Below are positions 28,145 through 38,444 of a stretch of 59,074 bases of DNA, one piece after another. Position 1 is the stretch's first letter; every line of letters begins with the position of its first letter. Source of the stretch: an uncultured archaeon (GTDB lineage: Archaea; Aenigmatarchaeota; Aenigmatarchaeia; CG10238-14); NCBI GenBank assembly GCA_964347415.1, contig CAYFYJ010000003.1, forward strand, positions 1-59,074, given 5' to 3'. Made by a program: the position numbers and the translations under genes. The notes below the pieces were generated by a model. That model saw nothing but the letters and a program-made list of their open reading frames with translations. It made no database searches and was not told where the DNA came from.

Positions 28145-28774
28145 ATGAACAAAAAGCAGCTTGAAATAATACTATCTCAATTAAAAGAAAATCCAAATCC
28201 TAAAGTTGAACTGGAACAGTATACTATACCTGGAGCGTTGGCCGCACAAATAATCAATGTTGCTTGTATGTCAGGTGATATAATAGATAAAAATATCTTG
28301 GATTTAGGTTGTGGAACTGGAAGATTAACTATCGGCTCGGTCTTGATGGGCGCCAGGAAGGCCATTGGAGTGGATCTAGATAAAAAAGTTATAAGTATTG
28401 CAAGGGAAAACGTGAAAATTGCTGAAAAGATAACAAATGAAAAAATTCATAACAAGGTAGGGTTCATGTGTCAGGATATATCTAACATTAAAAGAAAAGT
28501 TGATACTGTGATTCAAAACCCTCCTTTCGGTATCCAAAAGTTACATGCAGATAGAGTTTTTCTCAAGAAAGCATTGGAATGTGGAGAAAAAATATATTCT
28601 TTACACAGACATTATAAGAAATCAAGAGAATTCTTAACGAAATTCATTGAAAAGAATGGGGGTAAACTAGAAAAGATTATAAAATTTAAGTTCCGAATAC
28701 CCTATATGTTTAAGTTTCACAAAAAACCTTATGTTAGTTATGAGGTTGATTTGTTCATAATCTCAAAGGTGTGA
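28145..28774 (+). CDS. METTL5/COG2263-type RNA N6-adenine methyltransferase
   Basis: SAM motif ILDLGCGTGRL, GVDLD and catalytic NPPFG. Conserved archaeal position upstream of rpoL. Confidence 0.7.
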   Translation: MNKKQLEIILSQLKENPNPKVELEQYTIPGALAAQIINVACMSGDIIDKNILDLGCGTGRLTIGSVLMGARKAIGVDLDKKVISIARENVKIAEKITNEKIHNKVGFMCQDISNIKRKVDTVIQNPPFGIQKLHADRVFLKKALECGEKIYSLHRHYKKSREFLTKFIEKNGGKLEKIIKFKFRIPYMFKFHKKPYVSYEVDLFIISKV

Positions 28775-29058
28775 CTATGGAATTGATTAAAATAAAGGAA
28801 GATGACAACATGATTGAAATCGAGTTAAGGGGAGAGAGTGTTGGGTTTGCGAATTTAATCAAAGAAGAACTGTGGAATGATAAAAACATTGAAGAGGTTG
28901 CTTACAAAAAAGAACACCCATATATGACCGAACCTAAGATATATGTTAAAATGAAAGGAAAATCGAACCCTAGGATCGCATTACAGAAAACCGTGAAACG
29001 ATTACAAGTAAAACTTAAAGGTTTAGAAAAAGAGTTTAAAAGGACTTTGAAGAATTAA
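28771..29058 (+). CDS. rpoL: DNA-directed RNA polymerase subunit L (Rpo11)
   Basis: IELRGESVGFANLIKEELWNDKNIEEVAYKKEHPYMTEPKIYVKMK matches the Rpo11/RpoL consensus (E.HT..N.L...L......V..A.Y...HP). Confidence 0.8.
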   Translation: MTMELIKIKEDDNMIEIELRGESVGFANLIKEELWNDKNIEEVAYKKEHPYMTEPKIYVKMKGKSNPRIALQKTVKRLQVKLKGLEKEFKRTLKN

Positions 29059-29097
29059 GCTATTTAAGATTCCTCAACCAAAAAGGATTTAGATATC

Positions 29098-29616
29098 ATG
29101 TACGAACCATACGGAGAGGGTAAAGGGTTCAAGGCTGAGTTTGGGGGATTGAAAGAGAAGTTGATAGAAAAAATTAAGAACTTAAGGCAAAACAAATGGC
29201 TCTTTGTCATACTTGCTATCGTCATTATTGGAATCGCCACAGCATACACTGGTCTTGCATCTTATACAGCAAAAATCACTGAATATGACTCTAGAATATC
29301 GATATACGAGAAGCAGTTGAAAGCGTGTAATAACACTATGTCTTCATGCTTGTCAGACTTAGAGACTACTGGGGCTGACTTGGAATCGTTCAAAGATTAC
29401 TACCAAACCTGTCAAAGTGAGAAACAAACCATAGAAACAAATCTTCAGACCTGTGATGCTGAGAAGGAAGATTTGATCAATGAAATATTTAATATCGAGG
29501 GTAGTGTCGGTGAGTGGGAATCAAAGTATGAGAGCCTCAAAAGTGATTATGACGAACTGAACGAGAAACACGAATCTCTTAAGACAAAATTGGAACAGAT
29601 CATCGAAGGATTTTGA
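29098..29616 (+). CDS. Membrane-anchored coiled-coil protein, hypothetical
   Basis: One TM helix (WLFVILAIVIIGIATAY) followed by a heptad-rich extracytoplasmic region with four spaced Cys residues. Confidence 0.35.
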   Translation: MYEPYGEGKGFKAEFGGLKEKLIEKIKNLRQNKWLFVILAIVIIGIATAYTGLASYTAKITEYDSRISIYEKQLKACNNTMSSCLSDLETTGADLESFKDYYQTCQSEKQTIETNLQTCDAEKEDLINEIFNIEGSVGEWESKYESLKSDYDELNEKHESLKTKLEQIIEGF

Positions 29617-29670
29617 AAACTTTAGAAGAGTTAAATCCCGAAAAACTCTAATATCTTTAAGTATTTTTCC

Positions 29671-30780
29671 TTAAGTTACGTAATTGATATTGAGTTTTTT
29701 AGCATAGCCAATAACTTCTTTCATTTCTTTTTTAGTAATGGAACGGGAGATAGCAGGATATTCATGGGCCTTGTATTCTGGTCTGTATTGTGCCATTATA
29801 TTCACAATAGTTTTATCACGGATGTTGCCGGCTACCCATTTTAAAATAGGTTTGGTACAACATTCAATGTGATTAGGAAGGACAAGATGACGGATTGTTA
29901 TCTCTGTTTTATTTACAGCAATAGAATGGTTTCTTGAACATACATCAAAATAATTCCCGATTTTCGATAGTCTTAATCCACATTCATTGTTGCCATACTT
30001 GAAATCTGATAGATACATATCTATCATTCCATCCAAGATTTGCATGGTTTTCTCAGACATATAGAAATTCGAATTCCAAATGATAGGAACGTTAACTTCA
30101 CAAGATTTCAAAGTCTTTAGTATGCAGAGTAAGCTTGGTGTTGGCTCCCCCCCTACCCAATTAACGTTTCTTGAACCTTCTTTTCTTCTTCTATTTATTT
30201 TTAGGGCGAGTTCTTCCGGGGATATTTCATAACCGGATTCAAACCATTGACTAATGCTCCAATTTTGACAGAATTGACAATGTAGAGTACAACCCATGAA
30301 GAAAATTGTGTGAGAGGGGATGATGTGACTTTCTTCTCCCATATGTATAAATTCAGAGGATATCAAACATTCTTTCCCAACCCTACAGGCTCCTTTCTCA
30401 TCTTTCATTCGGTTCACATGACACTTTCTTTCACATAATTCGCATGATTCCATTATTTTTTCTGTTAATTCGATCTTCAAATCAAGTAATGAAGGTTTTT
30501 TCAATTTTTTTAACTTCAGTTTACCTTCGTCAACTTTATCCCTTGTCTCATAAAATTTCTTCATTAATTTTGAATGAGTTCTCCATAAAGTCCCGATGTT
30601 AGATTCCTTTGTCTGTTTGAATTCAATTATCCTAGCCAATTGAAAGTTTGCTATTGCCTGGTCTTTAACTACTTTTATATACCTAGGTAGGATTGTTTTG
30701 ATCATTGGATTGTCTAAAGCTTTAATAGCGTCTGGTCTAAGGAGATAGAGCTCGAACATGATTATTATTTCTTGATACAA
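29671..30780 (-). CDS. Radical SAM protein, PflX/COG1313-like
   Basis: CELCERKCHVNRMKDEKGACRVG auxiliary Cys motif plus the radical SAM CTLHCQFCQNW (CxxxCxxC). Start may be the internal Met at 30759, which removes the 16-nt overlap with pyrG. Confidence 0.7.
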   Translation of the reverse strand: MYQEIIIMFELYLLRPDAIKALDNPMIKTILPRYIKVVKDQAIANFQLARIIEFKQTKESNIGTLWRTHSKLMKKFYETRDKVDEGKLKLKKLKKPSLLDLKIELTEKIMESCELCERKCHVNRMKDEKGACRVGKECLISSEFIHMGEESHIIPSHTIFFMGCTLHCQFCQNWSISQWFESGYEISPEELALKINRRRKEGSRNVNWVGGEPTPSLLCILKTLKSCEVNVPIIWNSNFYMSEKTMQILDGMIDMYLSDFKYGNNECGLRLSKIGNYFDVCSRNHSIAVNKTEITIRHLVLPNHIECCTKPILKWVAGNIRDKTIVNIMAQYRPEYKAHEYPAISRSITKKEMKEVIGYAKKLNINYVT

Positions 30781-32384
30781 GCTTTAATTAAACCATCGAA
30801 CATCGGGGAGGGTCTCATCGGTCTTGATTTGAATTCAGGATGGGCCTGTGTAGCAATAAAACAGGGGTGACCGGGTAATTCCATAAATTCCATTAATATA
30901 CCATCAGGTGATTTTCCTGAGAATATTAAACCATTTTTTTCCATAATTTCAACATATTTCGGGTTAACTTCATAACGATGACGATGTCTTTCCCATACCT
31001 TTTCTTTTCCATAGAGTTTTCTTATCAATGTTCCTTTTTTTAGAATGGCAGGATATGCTCCCAACCTCATCGTCGCCCCATACTTAGACTCTCTAACGAT
31101 TTTCACTTGCTCTGGGATGAAGTCTATAACAGGATAAGGTGTTTTAGTATCAACTTCAGTGGTATGTGCTCCATTCAACTTACTAACATTTCTTGCAAAT
31201 TCCACGACTGCTAATTGCATGCCAAGACATAATCCAAGACAGGGAATCTTTTTTTCTCTGACATATTTTATAGCTGCAATCTTACCTTCAATACCAGATA
31301 GACCGAACCCACCAGGAACGATTATACCATCTATATCATTTAATACAGAAAGTTTCTTAGGATTTTTCTCGAAGGTTTTCGAATCAATCCATTCTATTTC
31401 TGGTTTAACATTATTATTCCAAGCCGCATGCCTTATAGCTTCTATAACTGAGATGTATGAGTCAGGTAACTTGTATTTTCCTATATCGAAATACTTACCA
31501 ACGATTCCTATTTTAACAGATTTTTTTAAGTTCTTGATATTATTTAAGAATTTTGCCCATGATTTTAGATCGGAGGACTTTGCTTTAATCTTCAATTTTT
31601 TGAGTATTTTATCCCCTAACTTTTGTTTCTTGAAAATCAAAGGTAACTCATACACATTCTCTAAATTTGGATTTGAGATTATGTCGTCTTTTTTTACATT
31701 GCAGAAAAGTGCAATCTTATCCTTTCTAATTCCGTCTACCGGATATTCGGATCTACAAACTATGAAGTCTGGTTGGATTCCTATTGTCCTAATTTCTTTC
31801 ACGGAATGTTGCATGGGTTTAGTTTTCATTTCACCCAAGTAGGATAAAACAGGTAAATAACCAACATGAACAAAAAGGACATCCTCTCCCTCTAACTTCA
31901 TTTCTCTTGCTGCTTCTACGAACAATACATTCTGATAATCCCCGACAGTCCCACCGATTTCAATTAGAACAAAATCTGCTTTGGTATTTTTTGCTACGTT
32001 TTTTATTCTCCTCTTAATTTCATCTGGTATGTGGGGAATAACTTCAACGGTTTTTCCCAAATATTCTCCTTCTCTTTCATTTTCTATGACTGCTTGGTAT
32101 ACTTGACCTGTTGTTATGTTATGGTCTTTTGAGATTTCTGTATCTAAAAATCGCTCATAATGTCCTAGGTCTTGATCTATCTCTCCACCATCATCAGTGA
32201 CCCAGACTTCTCCATGTTCAGTTGGTCTCAGGGTTCCAGCATCTATGTTTATGTACGGGTCTATTTTTATGGCCGTGACAGTAAAACCTTTGGATTGTAA
32301 AACTTTCCCGAGTGAGGATGTAGTTATACCTTTACCTAAACCTGAAAGGACTCCTCCAGTGACAAAAATATAATGAGTTGGCAT
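30765..32384 (-). CDS. pyrG: CTP synthase
   Basis: YIFVTGGVLSGLGKGI N-terminus and a glutamine amidotransferase domain with GLCLGMQ and HRHRYEVN. Confidence 0.95.
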   Translation of the reverse strand: MPTHYIFVTGGVLSGLGKGITTSSLGKVLQSKGFTVTAIKIDPYINIDAGTLRPTEHGEVWVTDDGGEIDQDLGHYERFLDTEISKDHNITTGQVYQAVIENEREGEYLGKTVEVIPHIPDEIKRRIKNVAKNTKADFVLIEIGGTVGDYQNVLFVEAAREMKLEGEDVLFVHVGYLPVLSYLGEMKTKPMQHSVKEIRTIGIQPDFIVCRSEYPVDGIRKDKIALFCNVKKDDIISNPNLENVYELPLIFKKQKLGDKILKKLKIKAKSSDLKSWAKFLNNIKNLKKSVKIGIVGKYFDIGKYKLPDSYISVIEAIRHAAWNNNVKPEIEWIDSKTFEKNPKKLSVLNDIDGIIVPGGFGLSGIEGKIAAIKYVREKKIPCLGLCLGMQLAVVEFARNVSKLNGAHTTEVDTKTPYPVIDFIPEQVKIVRESKYGATMRLGAYPAILKKGTLIRKLYGKEKVWERHRHRYEVNPKYVEIMEKNGLIFSGKSPDGILMEFMELPGHPCFIATQAHPEFKSRPMRPSPMFDGLIKACIKK

Positions 32385-32447
32385 AATAGTTCATGTGTTT
32401 AAATAAATTAAAGTTTTACTAATAGGGAAAATATAATTTTGAAAACA

Positions 32448-33830
32448 TTATTTTTTGTCATGCCACTCTTTATACTCAATCAACGCTTTCATGGTTTTAA
32501 CTGCTCTCTCAGGAGTGGGATAAACCGGAACTCCTCCAGTCATTAGTTTTCCACTCAATTCCTCTGTGAATTTTCCACCTGCAGCACACGCTAATAAAGG
32601 TTTTTTGTATTTCCTATGCAATTTTATTATCTCATCGACAACGGATTTCTCTAGAGTTGGAACCTGAAACAGAGTTATAGCGATAACCCCATCGAATTCA
32701 TTACTCTTGAGACAAGCTTCTGTGACAACTTTATAACGTTCAGCATCAGCATCGCCAGTTAAATCTATTGGGTTATGGAGACTAGCATAGGAAGGCATAA
32801 CTTCCTTCATTTCTCCCTTCAATTTTTCAGACGGCTCTGGCAACTCGATTTTTTGTCTATCCGCTTCATCTGTAGCTAAAACGCCGAAACCACCGCCATC
32901 AGTAATTACCGCAATTTTTTTCCCTCTTGGTAACGGTTGGGTCGAGAATGCTCTAGCAAAATCGAAGAGTTCTTCCCATGAATCTGCTTCTATGATACCA
33001 GTCTGTTTGAATGCCGCGGAATATATTTTTTCAGAGCCAGCCATTGAACCAGTATGAGAAAAAACAGCCTTCATACCAGTCTCAGTTCCACCGGCTTTTA
33101 GGATTACGATTGGTTTTTTCTTTGTGACTTTTTTAGCTATCCGCATGAATTTTTTTCCTGAAGCCTCTATACCTTCAAGATAAGCTGTTATAACACTGCT
33201 TTTATCATCATCGCCAAGGTATTCAAGAAGATCACAATCATTTATATCCATGGCATTTCCGTAAGAGATGAATTTGCTTATGCCTATGTTTTGTTCAGAT
33301 AACCAATCAAGGATCGTTGAGCCAACCGCCCCAGATTGAGAGATAAAGGCGATATTACCTTGTTTTGGCCTACCACATCTTTCTCTTGCTAGGAAAAGGG
33401 TGTCGACATGTGTGTATGGATCATAGACCCCGATACAATTTGGACCGAGTATTCTTGTATAGGCATTCTCAATAATTTTTTTACATTTTATTTCTAATTT
33501 TTTTCCTTCTTCGCCTATCTCTGAGAATCCAGCAGATATTATAATTATTGCTTCTATCTTTTTCTTGACACATTCTTTAAGGGTTTTCGGCACGATCGCG
33601 GCTGGAACTACGATGGCAACTAAATCCAAATCTTCCGGAACATCTAAAACAGATCTATAAACTTTCATGCCGAGTATGGGCTTTGTGTCGGGATTTATGG
33701 GATATATTTTTCTCTCAAAACCAGCACCGATGAAATTAGCTAGGATGGCATAACCAATCTTCCCAGGAGTGTGTGATGCCCCAATTATGGCGACGGATTT
33801 AGGATTGAAGAAATAATCTAATTGTTTCAT
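32448..33830 (-). CDS. acdA: Acetate--CoA ligase (ADP-forming) alpha subunit / CoA-binding domain protein
   Basis: FFNPKSVAIIGASHTPGKIGYAIL CoA-binding Rossmann start, phosphohistidine-loop-like SHTGSMAG, about 460 aa. No beta subunit lies adjacent. Confidence 0.75.
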   Translation of the reverse strand: MKQLDYFFNPKSVAIIGASHTPGKIGYAILANFIGAGFERKIYPINPDTKPILGMKVYRSVLDVPEDLDLVAIVVPAAIVPKTLKECVKKKIEAIIIISAGFSEIGEEGKKLEIKCKKIIENAYTRILGPNCIGVYDPYTHVDTLFLARERCGRPKQGNIAFISQSGAVGSTILDWLSEQNIGISKFISYGNAMDINDCDLLEYLGDDDKSSVITAYLEGIEASGKKFMRIAKKVTKKKPIVILKAGGTETGMKAVFSHTGSMAGSEKIYSAAFKQTGIIEADSWEELFDFARAFSTQPLPRGKKIAVITDGGGFGVLATDEADRQKIELPEPSEKLKGEMKEVMPSYASLHNPIDLTGDADAERYKVVTEACLKSNEFDGVIAITLFQVPTLEKSVVDEIIKLHRKYKKPLLACAAGGKFTEELSGKLMTGGVPVYPTPERAVKTMKALIEYKEWHDKK

Positions 33831-33882
33831 AAGAGTATTTTGTTTTACTGGGATTTAATTTTTTAAAAGGACAAAAGAAAAC

Positions 33883-33890
33883 TATTTAAG
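33883..33890 (+). promoter_or_regulatory. Putative TATA box (TATTTAAG) for the SRP RNA gene
   Basis: Centred about 26 nt upstream of the first base of the terminal helix (33912). Confidence 0.35.
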
Positions 33891-33911
33891 AGTGTTAGAA
33901 GTATAAACTAT

Positions 33912-34192
33912 TTGCAAGAGGCCTCTGGTCGGAAGGCTACCGGTCTTCTGTTACCGCAAATCCGGTTTACGGTGGGACCATAGTCTGAGGGCGGTTTGGT
34001 TTTGTAATCAGGCCCAAGTCTTGGACTGAGAAGCCTCGTCTCCCAGGACCACTTATATGTCGAACGGATCAGGTCCGGAAGGAAGCAATCATAAGGCTTA
34101 TATTTGGTGCTTGCGAGCTCGCGGGGTGGAGAAAGAGACTTGGATTAACCTGGTTATAAAAATCAATCCCACCGATGACATGCCTCTTGCAA
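33912..34192 (+). ncRNA. ffs: Archaeal signal recognition particle RNA (7S RNA)
   Basis: A GC-rich island within an AT-rich intergenic region. Contains the universal helix-8 motif CAGGTCCGGAAGGAAGCA. The 5' end TTGCAAGAGGC (33912-33922) is perfectly complementary to the 3' end GCCTCTTGCAA (34182-34192), giving about 281 nt, an archaeal size. Ends are approximate. Confidence 0.85.
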
Positions 34193-34205
34193 TTTACGTG
34201 ATAAT

Positions 34206-34970
34206 ATGAAAATAACAACCGTGGCTTTAATCTGTCTATTCATCCTTCTCATAGTTTACATTTTTATCACTAACATCATGACCTCGACTGAGACACGGAT
34301 AGAAAAGAAAAGCTACACAGAAGAATTCGCGTTTGAACCCGAACAGATTCTTTATGTTAATGACAGCTCGATAACGACTATAAGGGTACCAGCAGTTGAT
34401 AAAAACGGTAATGGTGTTATAGCAACGTTATCTGTGGATGCCAAACCTGGAATCGGGAGAACTCTTGTCGATATAAATCAAATTTTATTCTGGGCCGATA
34501 CACAAGATTCGATTAGAACTTCAAAAACTGTTGCCCAAGGCGTGACAGGTATCGATCTGTCGAAGTATGATATCATTTATTCCATACAAGCAAACGCATC
34601 TGTCATTGAAGGGCCTTCTGCCGGGGCAGCTATGGCTATCGCTACTATACTTGAATTGGAGAACAGAACTTTTGATGGAAGTGTTTCTATAACAGGAACT
34701 CTCAACGAGAAAGGTGAGATAGGGAAAGTATCTGGGGTTGTAGCTAAAGCTAAAGCCATTGAAGCTGCTGATATGGATCTGCTGGTTGTACCTGCTGGTC
34801 AAAAGACATATACTGTATATTCAGAGGAGAAAAGTTGTGAAGACTATCTACTCACTAAAATTTGTCGTACTGTGACGAAACCTGAAGATGTAGATGTGGA
34901 AGAAGAGGTTGGAATAGGAGTAGTAGAAGCCAGTAACATACAGGAAGCATTAAAATACTTCTCGATCTAA
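34206..34970 (+). CDS. Membrane-anchored Lon-like S16 serine peptidase domain protein
   Basis: N-terminal TM helix. Lon proteolytic motif GPSAGAAMAIATI (catalytic Ser) and a downstream GKVSGVVAKAKAI Lys. Confidence 0.75.
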   Translation: MKITTVALICLFILLIVYIFITNIMTSTETRIEKKSYTEEFAFEPEQILYVNDSSITTIRVPAVDKNGNGVIATLSVDAKPGIGRTLVDINQILFWADTQDSIRTSKTVAQGVTGIDLSKYDIIYSIQANASVIEGPSAGAAMAIATILELENRTFDGSVSITGTLNEKGEIGKVSGVVAKAKAIEAADMDLLVVPAGQKTYTVYSEEKSCEDYLLTKICRTVTKPEDVDVEEEVGIGVVEASNIQEALKYFSI

Positions 34971-34979
34971 AGTATTATC

Positions 34980-35555
34980 ATGAAACTTTTCAAGGATAAG
35001 GAATTGCGAGACTTGATAATTGCAATATTGATACTATCTTTTATATTATCTTTTCCAGATTTCTCAGGTTTCTTTTTAATCTCGATCCTTATAGTTCTTT
35101 TTTCATATTTTGTTAGAGAATTGGCACATAAATTCGTGGCAAGGAAATTTGGTTGCATGTCTACGTTTAAATTGTGGCCTCAGGGAATTTTGGTAGGAAT
35201 AATGAGTATGTTTTTGAAATACTTTTGGGATTGGAATATTGTTTTTGCTGCCCCTGGATTTGCAGATATAGTACCATACAGGTTTGGTAGGATGGGGTTT
35301 AAAGTTGCTAGAGTCACACCAAAGGATTTGGGACTTGTGGCTTTAGCTGGTACTGGAATAAATGTTTTTTTGGCTGTCTTCTTCAAGATGTTTCCCCAAG
35401 GAATATTTCAAACTCTCAGCCTATACAACGGTTTGATCGCTTTGTTCAACCTCATACCAATAAACCCGTTAGATGGGAGTAAGATATTCGTTTGGAGTAT
35501 GTTTACGTGGATATTTCTTGTTTTTGTATCTGTTCTTGTTGTTTTTGTGTTCTGA
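34980..35555 (+). CDS. Site-2 protease (M50)-family membrane protein with altered zinc motif
   Basis: RELAHKFVARKFGC stands where the family has HELAHKFVA, and the second motif NLIPINPLDGSKI is intact. About 190 aa, polytopic. Confidence 0.6.
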   Translation: MKLFKDKELRDLIIAILILSFILSFPDFSGFFLISILIVLFSYFVRELAHKFVARKFGCMSTFKLWPQGILVGIMSMFLKYFWDWNIVFAAPGFADIVPYRFGRMGFKVARVTPKDLGLVALAGTGINVFLAVFFKMFPQGIFQTLSLYNGLIALFNLIPINPLDGSKIFVWSMFTWIFLVFVSVLVVFVF

Positions 35556-35593
35556 TTAGTTAAAGATTAATTTACAGAAATGATAATTATTCA

Positions 35594-36121
35594 GTGAATA
35601 TGATGGACTGGTCAAATATACTGATTTCTATTGCAACAGAAAGTCATGATTTTGTCAGTAAATGGGGGTATATAGGTATTTTTTTGGTATCCTTAATAAG
35701 TTCTGCTAGTATTATATTGCCAATACCAAACTTTATTTTGATTTTTACTTTTGGTTCCACTTTGAATCCTTTTTTACTTGCGCTATTCGCTGCTATTGGC
35801 TCAGCAATCGGCGAAACAACTGGTTATCTCCTTGGTTTGGGTGGTAAAGAAATTTTAGAAAAAAGGTATAGCCGTCAGTTGGATAGAATTAATAAGATGT
35901 TTAAAAAATATGGTTCCATCGTCTGGATAATCATTCTTGGTGCCAGTCCGCTCCCTGATGATATTTCAGGACTTTTTTGTGGCATAATCAAGTATGATTT
36001 TAAGAAGTATTTCGTAGCAACTTTCATAGGTAAATTAATACTTTATTTAATTTTGGCTTATTCCGGTTATTATTCAATAAATTGGATCTTGGATTATGTC
36101 CAACCCAAGTTGGGTTTATAG
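35594..36121 (+). CDS. DedA/VTT (SNARE-associated) family membrane protein
   Basis: WGYIGIFLVSLISSASIILPIP and later GETTGYLLG are typical of DedA/TVP38 proteins. Confidence 0.65.
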   Translation: MNMMDWSNILISIATESHDFVSKWGYIGIFLVSLISSASIILPIPNFILIFTFGSTLNPFLLALFAAIGSAIGETTGYLLGLGGKEILEKRYSRQLDRINKMFKKYGSIVWIIILGASPLPDDISGLFCGIIKYDFKKYFVATFIGKLILYLILAYSGYYSINWILDYVQPKLGL

Positions 36122-36910
36122 AATTTTAATATCAACACAATACTTGTAAGTTCTCGGTGCGTAAGGCAAGACTTTCTTTATTTTGTAAGATATTTTTCCC
36201 TTGCTTTTTTTACTGAATTTCTCGATGATCATTTTGACTTTTTCTTTCACGTTTTCTTCTTTCTCAATTATATACATATGAACGGTGCCGTGTGATTTCA
36301 AGCATTTGAAAGCCAAACCAAGAAACTTATGGGCATCATGTGGTAAAGGCATTATAACCCTGTCACATTTTTCGTACCAATCCTTACATTTTAATTTAAC
36401 GTCTCCTAAGATTGGAATAACTTCTTCAGTTACTTTATTTAACCTGATGTTCTCTCTCATGTACTCATAGGCAGCTGGGTTAATTTCGACAGAAATTATT
36501 TTATCAACTTTAGGTTGTTTTTTAGCTATTATTATCGCGTATGCCCCGATGCCTGCAAACATCAGCATTATTTTTTCTTTTGGTTTCACTTGGTTCGCTA
36601 TTCTAAGTCTTTCAGTTCCTTCTCTTGGGGAGAAATAGACCAACTTTGGGTCTAATTTGTAACTACGATAATGCTCCTTGTGTATTACTTCTGTGTTTAG
36701 ATTACCTGCTAAAAGTTTGTACTCAGTAATTCTGTAAATGCCTTTTCGTTCTGATAATTTTTTCAAGACAGATTTAACGTTTTTATGTCTAGCTAAAATT
36801 TTATTGGCTATTCTCTTTTCTTCTTTTCGTAGATTTTCTGGGATTTCAATTATGACCACTGCTTTTTCTTTTGAACCAATGATCTCGTAACTAGACGGTA
36901 TTTTGATCAT
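36116..36910 (-). CDS. trm5: tRNA (guanine37-N1)-methyltransferase Trm5/Taw2 (Met-10+ like)
   Basis: YFSPREGTERLRIA, SAM motif MLMFAGIGAYAI and a VIMPLP segment near the C-terminus. Confidence 0.75.
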   Translation of the reverse strand: MIKIPSSYEIIGSKEKAVVIIEIPENLRKEEKRIANKILARHKNVKSVLKKLSERKGIYRITEYKLLAGNLNTEVIHKEHYRSYKLDPKLVYFSPREGTERLRIANQVKPKEKIMLMFAGIGAYAIIIAKKQPKVDKIISVEINPAAYEYMRENIRLNKVTEEVIPILGDVKLKCKDWYEKCDRVIMPLPHDAHKFLGLAFKCLKSHGTVHMYIIEKEENVKEKVKMIIEKFSKKSKGKISYKIKKVLPYAPRTYKYCVDIKIL

Positions 36911-36957
36911 GGTATCATTATTTAAATTAAACGATTTTAAGAGTATAAAGTGTTCGA

Positions 36958-37701
36958 ATGTTGAGTCTAATCGGTCTTGGTTTGTACGATGAGAAAGATC
37001 TAACCATTAGAGGGTTGGAGAGAGCAAAGAATGCTGACAAAGTCTATGCAGAATTTTATACTTCCAGATGGCATGGTAATGTTGAAAAATTGGAAAAAAT
37101 GATTGAAAGAAAAATTGAAATTGTTAACAGGAAGGATTTGGAAGAAGAGTCGAATAGGATTATTGGAGATGCTAAGGATAAAAAAGTTGTTATCTTTGTT
37201 TTGGGAGATCCTCTAGTTGCGACTACTCATACTTCTCTATTAACTGAAGCAAGAAAGGTTGGAATAAAGACTGAAGTCGTTCATAATGCTTCCATTTACT
37301 CTGCTGTTGGTGAGATAGGATTGCATTTGTATAAATTCGGCCGTACTGTCACGATCCCTTTCCCTGAGAAAATCGAATCAATTGATACTCTAGCTGATAC
37401 CATTGAAAAAAACATGAAAATGGGTCTACACACTCTCTTACTCCTTGATGTAATATCAGAGAAGAAAAAATACATGAGACCTGAAGAAGGTATGAAAATT
37501 CTATTAAAAATGGGTAAGAAGTTTTTTACAAGAGATACAGAAATCATAGTTTTTGTCAGAGCCGGTAGCGATATGCCTTCAATCGTTTATGGAAAAGTAA
37601 AGGATTTGATTGAAAAAGATTTTGGAGAATCCCCCTTTGTAATGATCATACCTGGGAAATTACATTTTACTGAAAAGGAGTATTTAGAAAACTTCAGATG
37701 A
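36958..37701 (+). CDS. dph5: Diphthine synthase
   Basis: MLSLIGLGLYDEKDLTIRGLERAKNADKVYAEFYTS and GDPLVATTH are tetrapyrrole-methylase-fold DphB motifs. Confidence 0.9.
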   Translation: MLSLIGLGLYDEKDLTIRGLERAKNADKVYAEFYTSRWHGNVEKLEKMIERKIEIVNRKDLEEESNRIIGDAKDKKVVIFVLGDPLVATTHTSLLTEARKVGIKTEVVHNASIYSAVGEIGLHLYKFGRTVTIPFPEKIESIDTLADTIEKNMKMGLHTLLLLDVISEKKKYMRPEEGMKILLKMGKKFFTRDTEIIVFVRAGSDMPSIVYGKVKDLIEKDFGESPFVMIIPGKLHFTEKEYLENFR

Positions 37702-37705
37702 TCCT

Positions 37706-37942
37706 ATGAGAGACAAGATACCGAAGGAAGAAATTCTGAAATGGTTGGAGAAGATTAAAAACGAGTTAAAAGAAGTTAAAGTAAAGAATGAGAAGGGTAA
37801 TGAGTACTTAAAAAATATCAATGCTTATGTTAATGATTGTGAACATTTTTTGGGGAAAGAAGACCTTTTTCTGAGTTGGGAGGCCTGTCTATGGGCCTGG
37901 GCATACCTTACTATAAGTAAAGACCTGAAAATGTTAGAATAA
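37706..37942 (+). CDS. Small helical protein, DUF357-like
   Basis: YVNDCEHFLGKEDLFLSWEACLWAWAYL resembles the DUF357 consensus. This is recalled from memory only. Confidence 0.4.
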   Translation: MRDKIPKEEILKWLEKIKNELKEVKVKNEKGNEYLKNINAYVNDCEHFLGKEDLFLSWEACLWAWAYLTISKDLKMLE

Positions 37943-37983
37943 TAAATAATAAATCCCGGGAAATCAAACTATATACTGATAAT

Positions 37984-38442
37984 ATGATCGAAATAATAGC
38001 AGGAGTAATAGTTCTTATACTAGCGATTATTGGCATAGCTAAACTAGTTGGTGGAAGAGGAGGAGGCGGAGGTGAAGCAGTTTCACTTGATAAGAAACTT
38101 TTATATACCGCTTTACAAGAAGTATACAAAGTAGACAAAGGTATAGCTGCGCTGGAAACTGACCCTGAATATTTTGAAGCTGTTTTAGACTCGGCTAAAC
38201 GTGCTAGTCGTCTTGCTGGCCAGGCCTCAAGAAATGTTCAGGACCATTTGAGAGGAGTACAAACAAGTGTCAGTGAATATGCAAAAATGTTAAACCAAAG
38301 AAGAGCATTCACGAGGGTTCAACTCGCTAGAGATTTTCTTTATGATGCCCAGTCTGACAAGGTGACTCGAGAGGAAATGATTTATCGTGCACATGAATTC
38401 AGAGAATCTATGGAACACATGAAAAATGCCTTCGGGGGCTAA
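37984..38442 (+). CDS. Hypothetical TM-anchored helical protein with Gly-rich linker
   Basis: N-terminal TM helix, a GGRGGGGGE linker, then a roughly 110-aa helical domain. No family recognised. Confidence 0.35.
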   Translation: MIEIIAGVIVLILAIIGIAKLVGGRGGGGGEAVSLDKKLLYTALQEVYKVDKGIAALETDPEYFEAVLDSAKRASRLAGQASRNVQDHLRGVQTSVSEYAKMLNQRRAFTRVQLARDFLYDAQSDKVTREEMIYRAHEFRESMEHMKNAFGG

Positions 38443-38444
38443 AA

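Noticed and set aside
31159-31842. 227-aa plus-strand ORF
   Set aside because: It is antisense to pyrG, whose identity is unambiguous, and it shows no recognisable domain.
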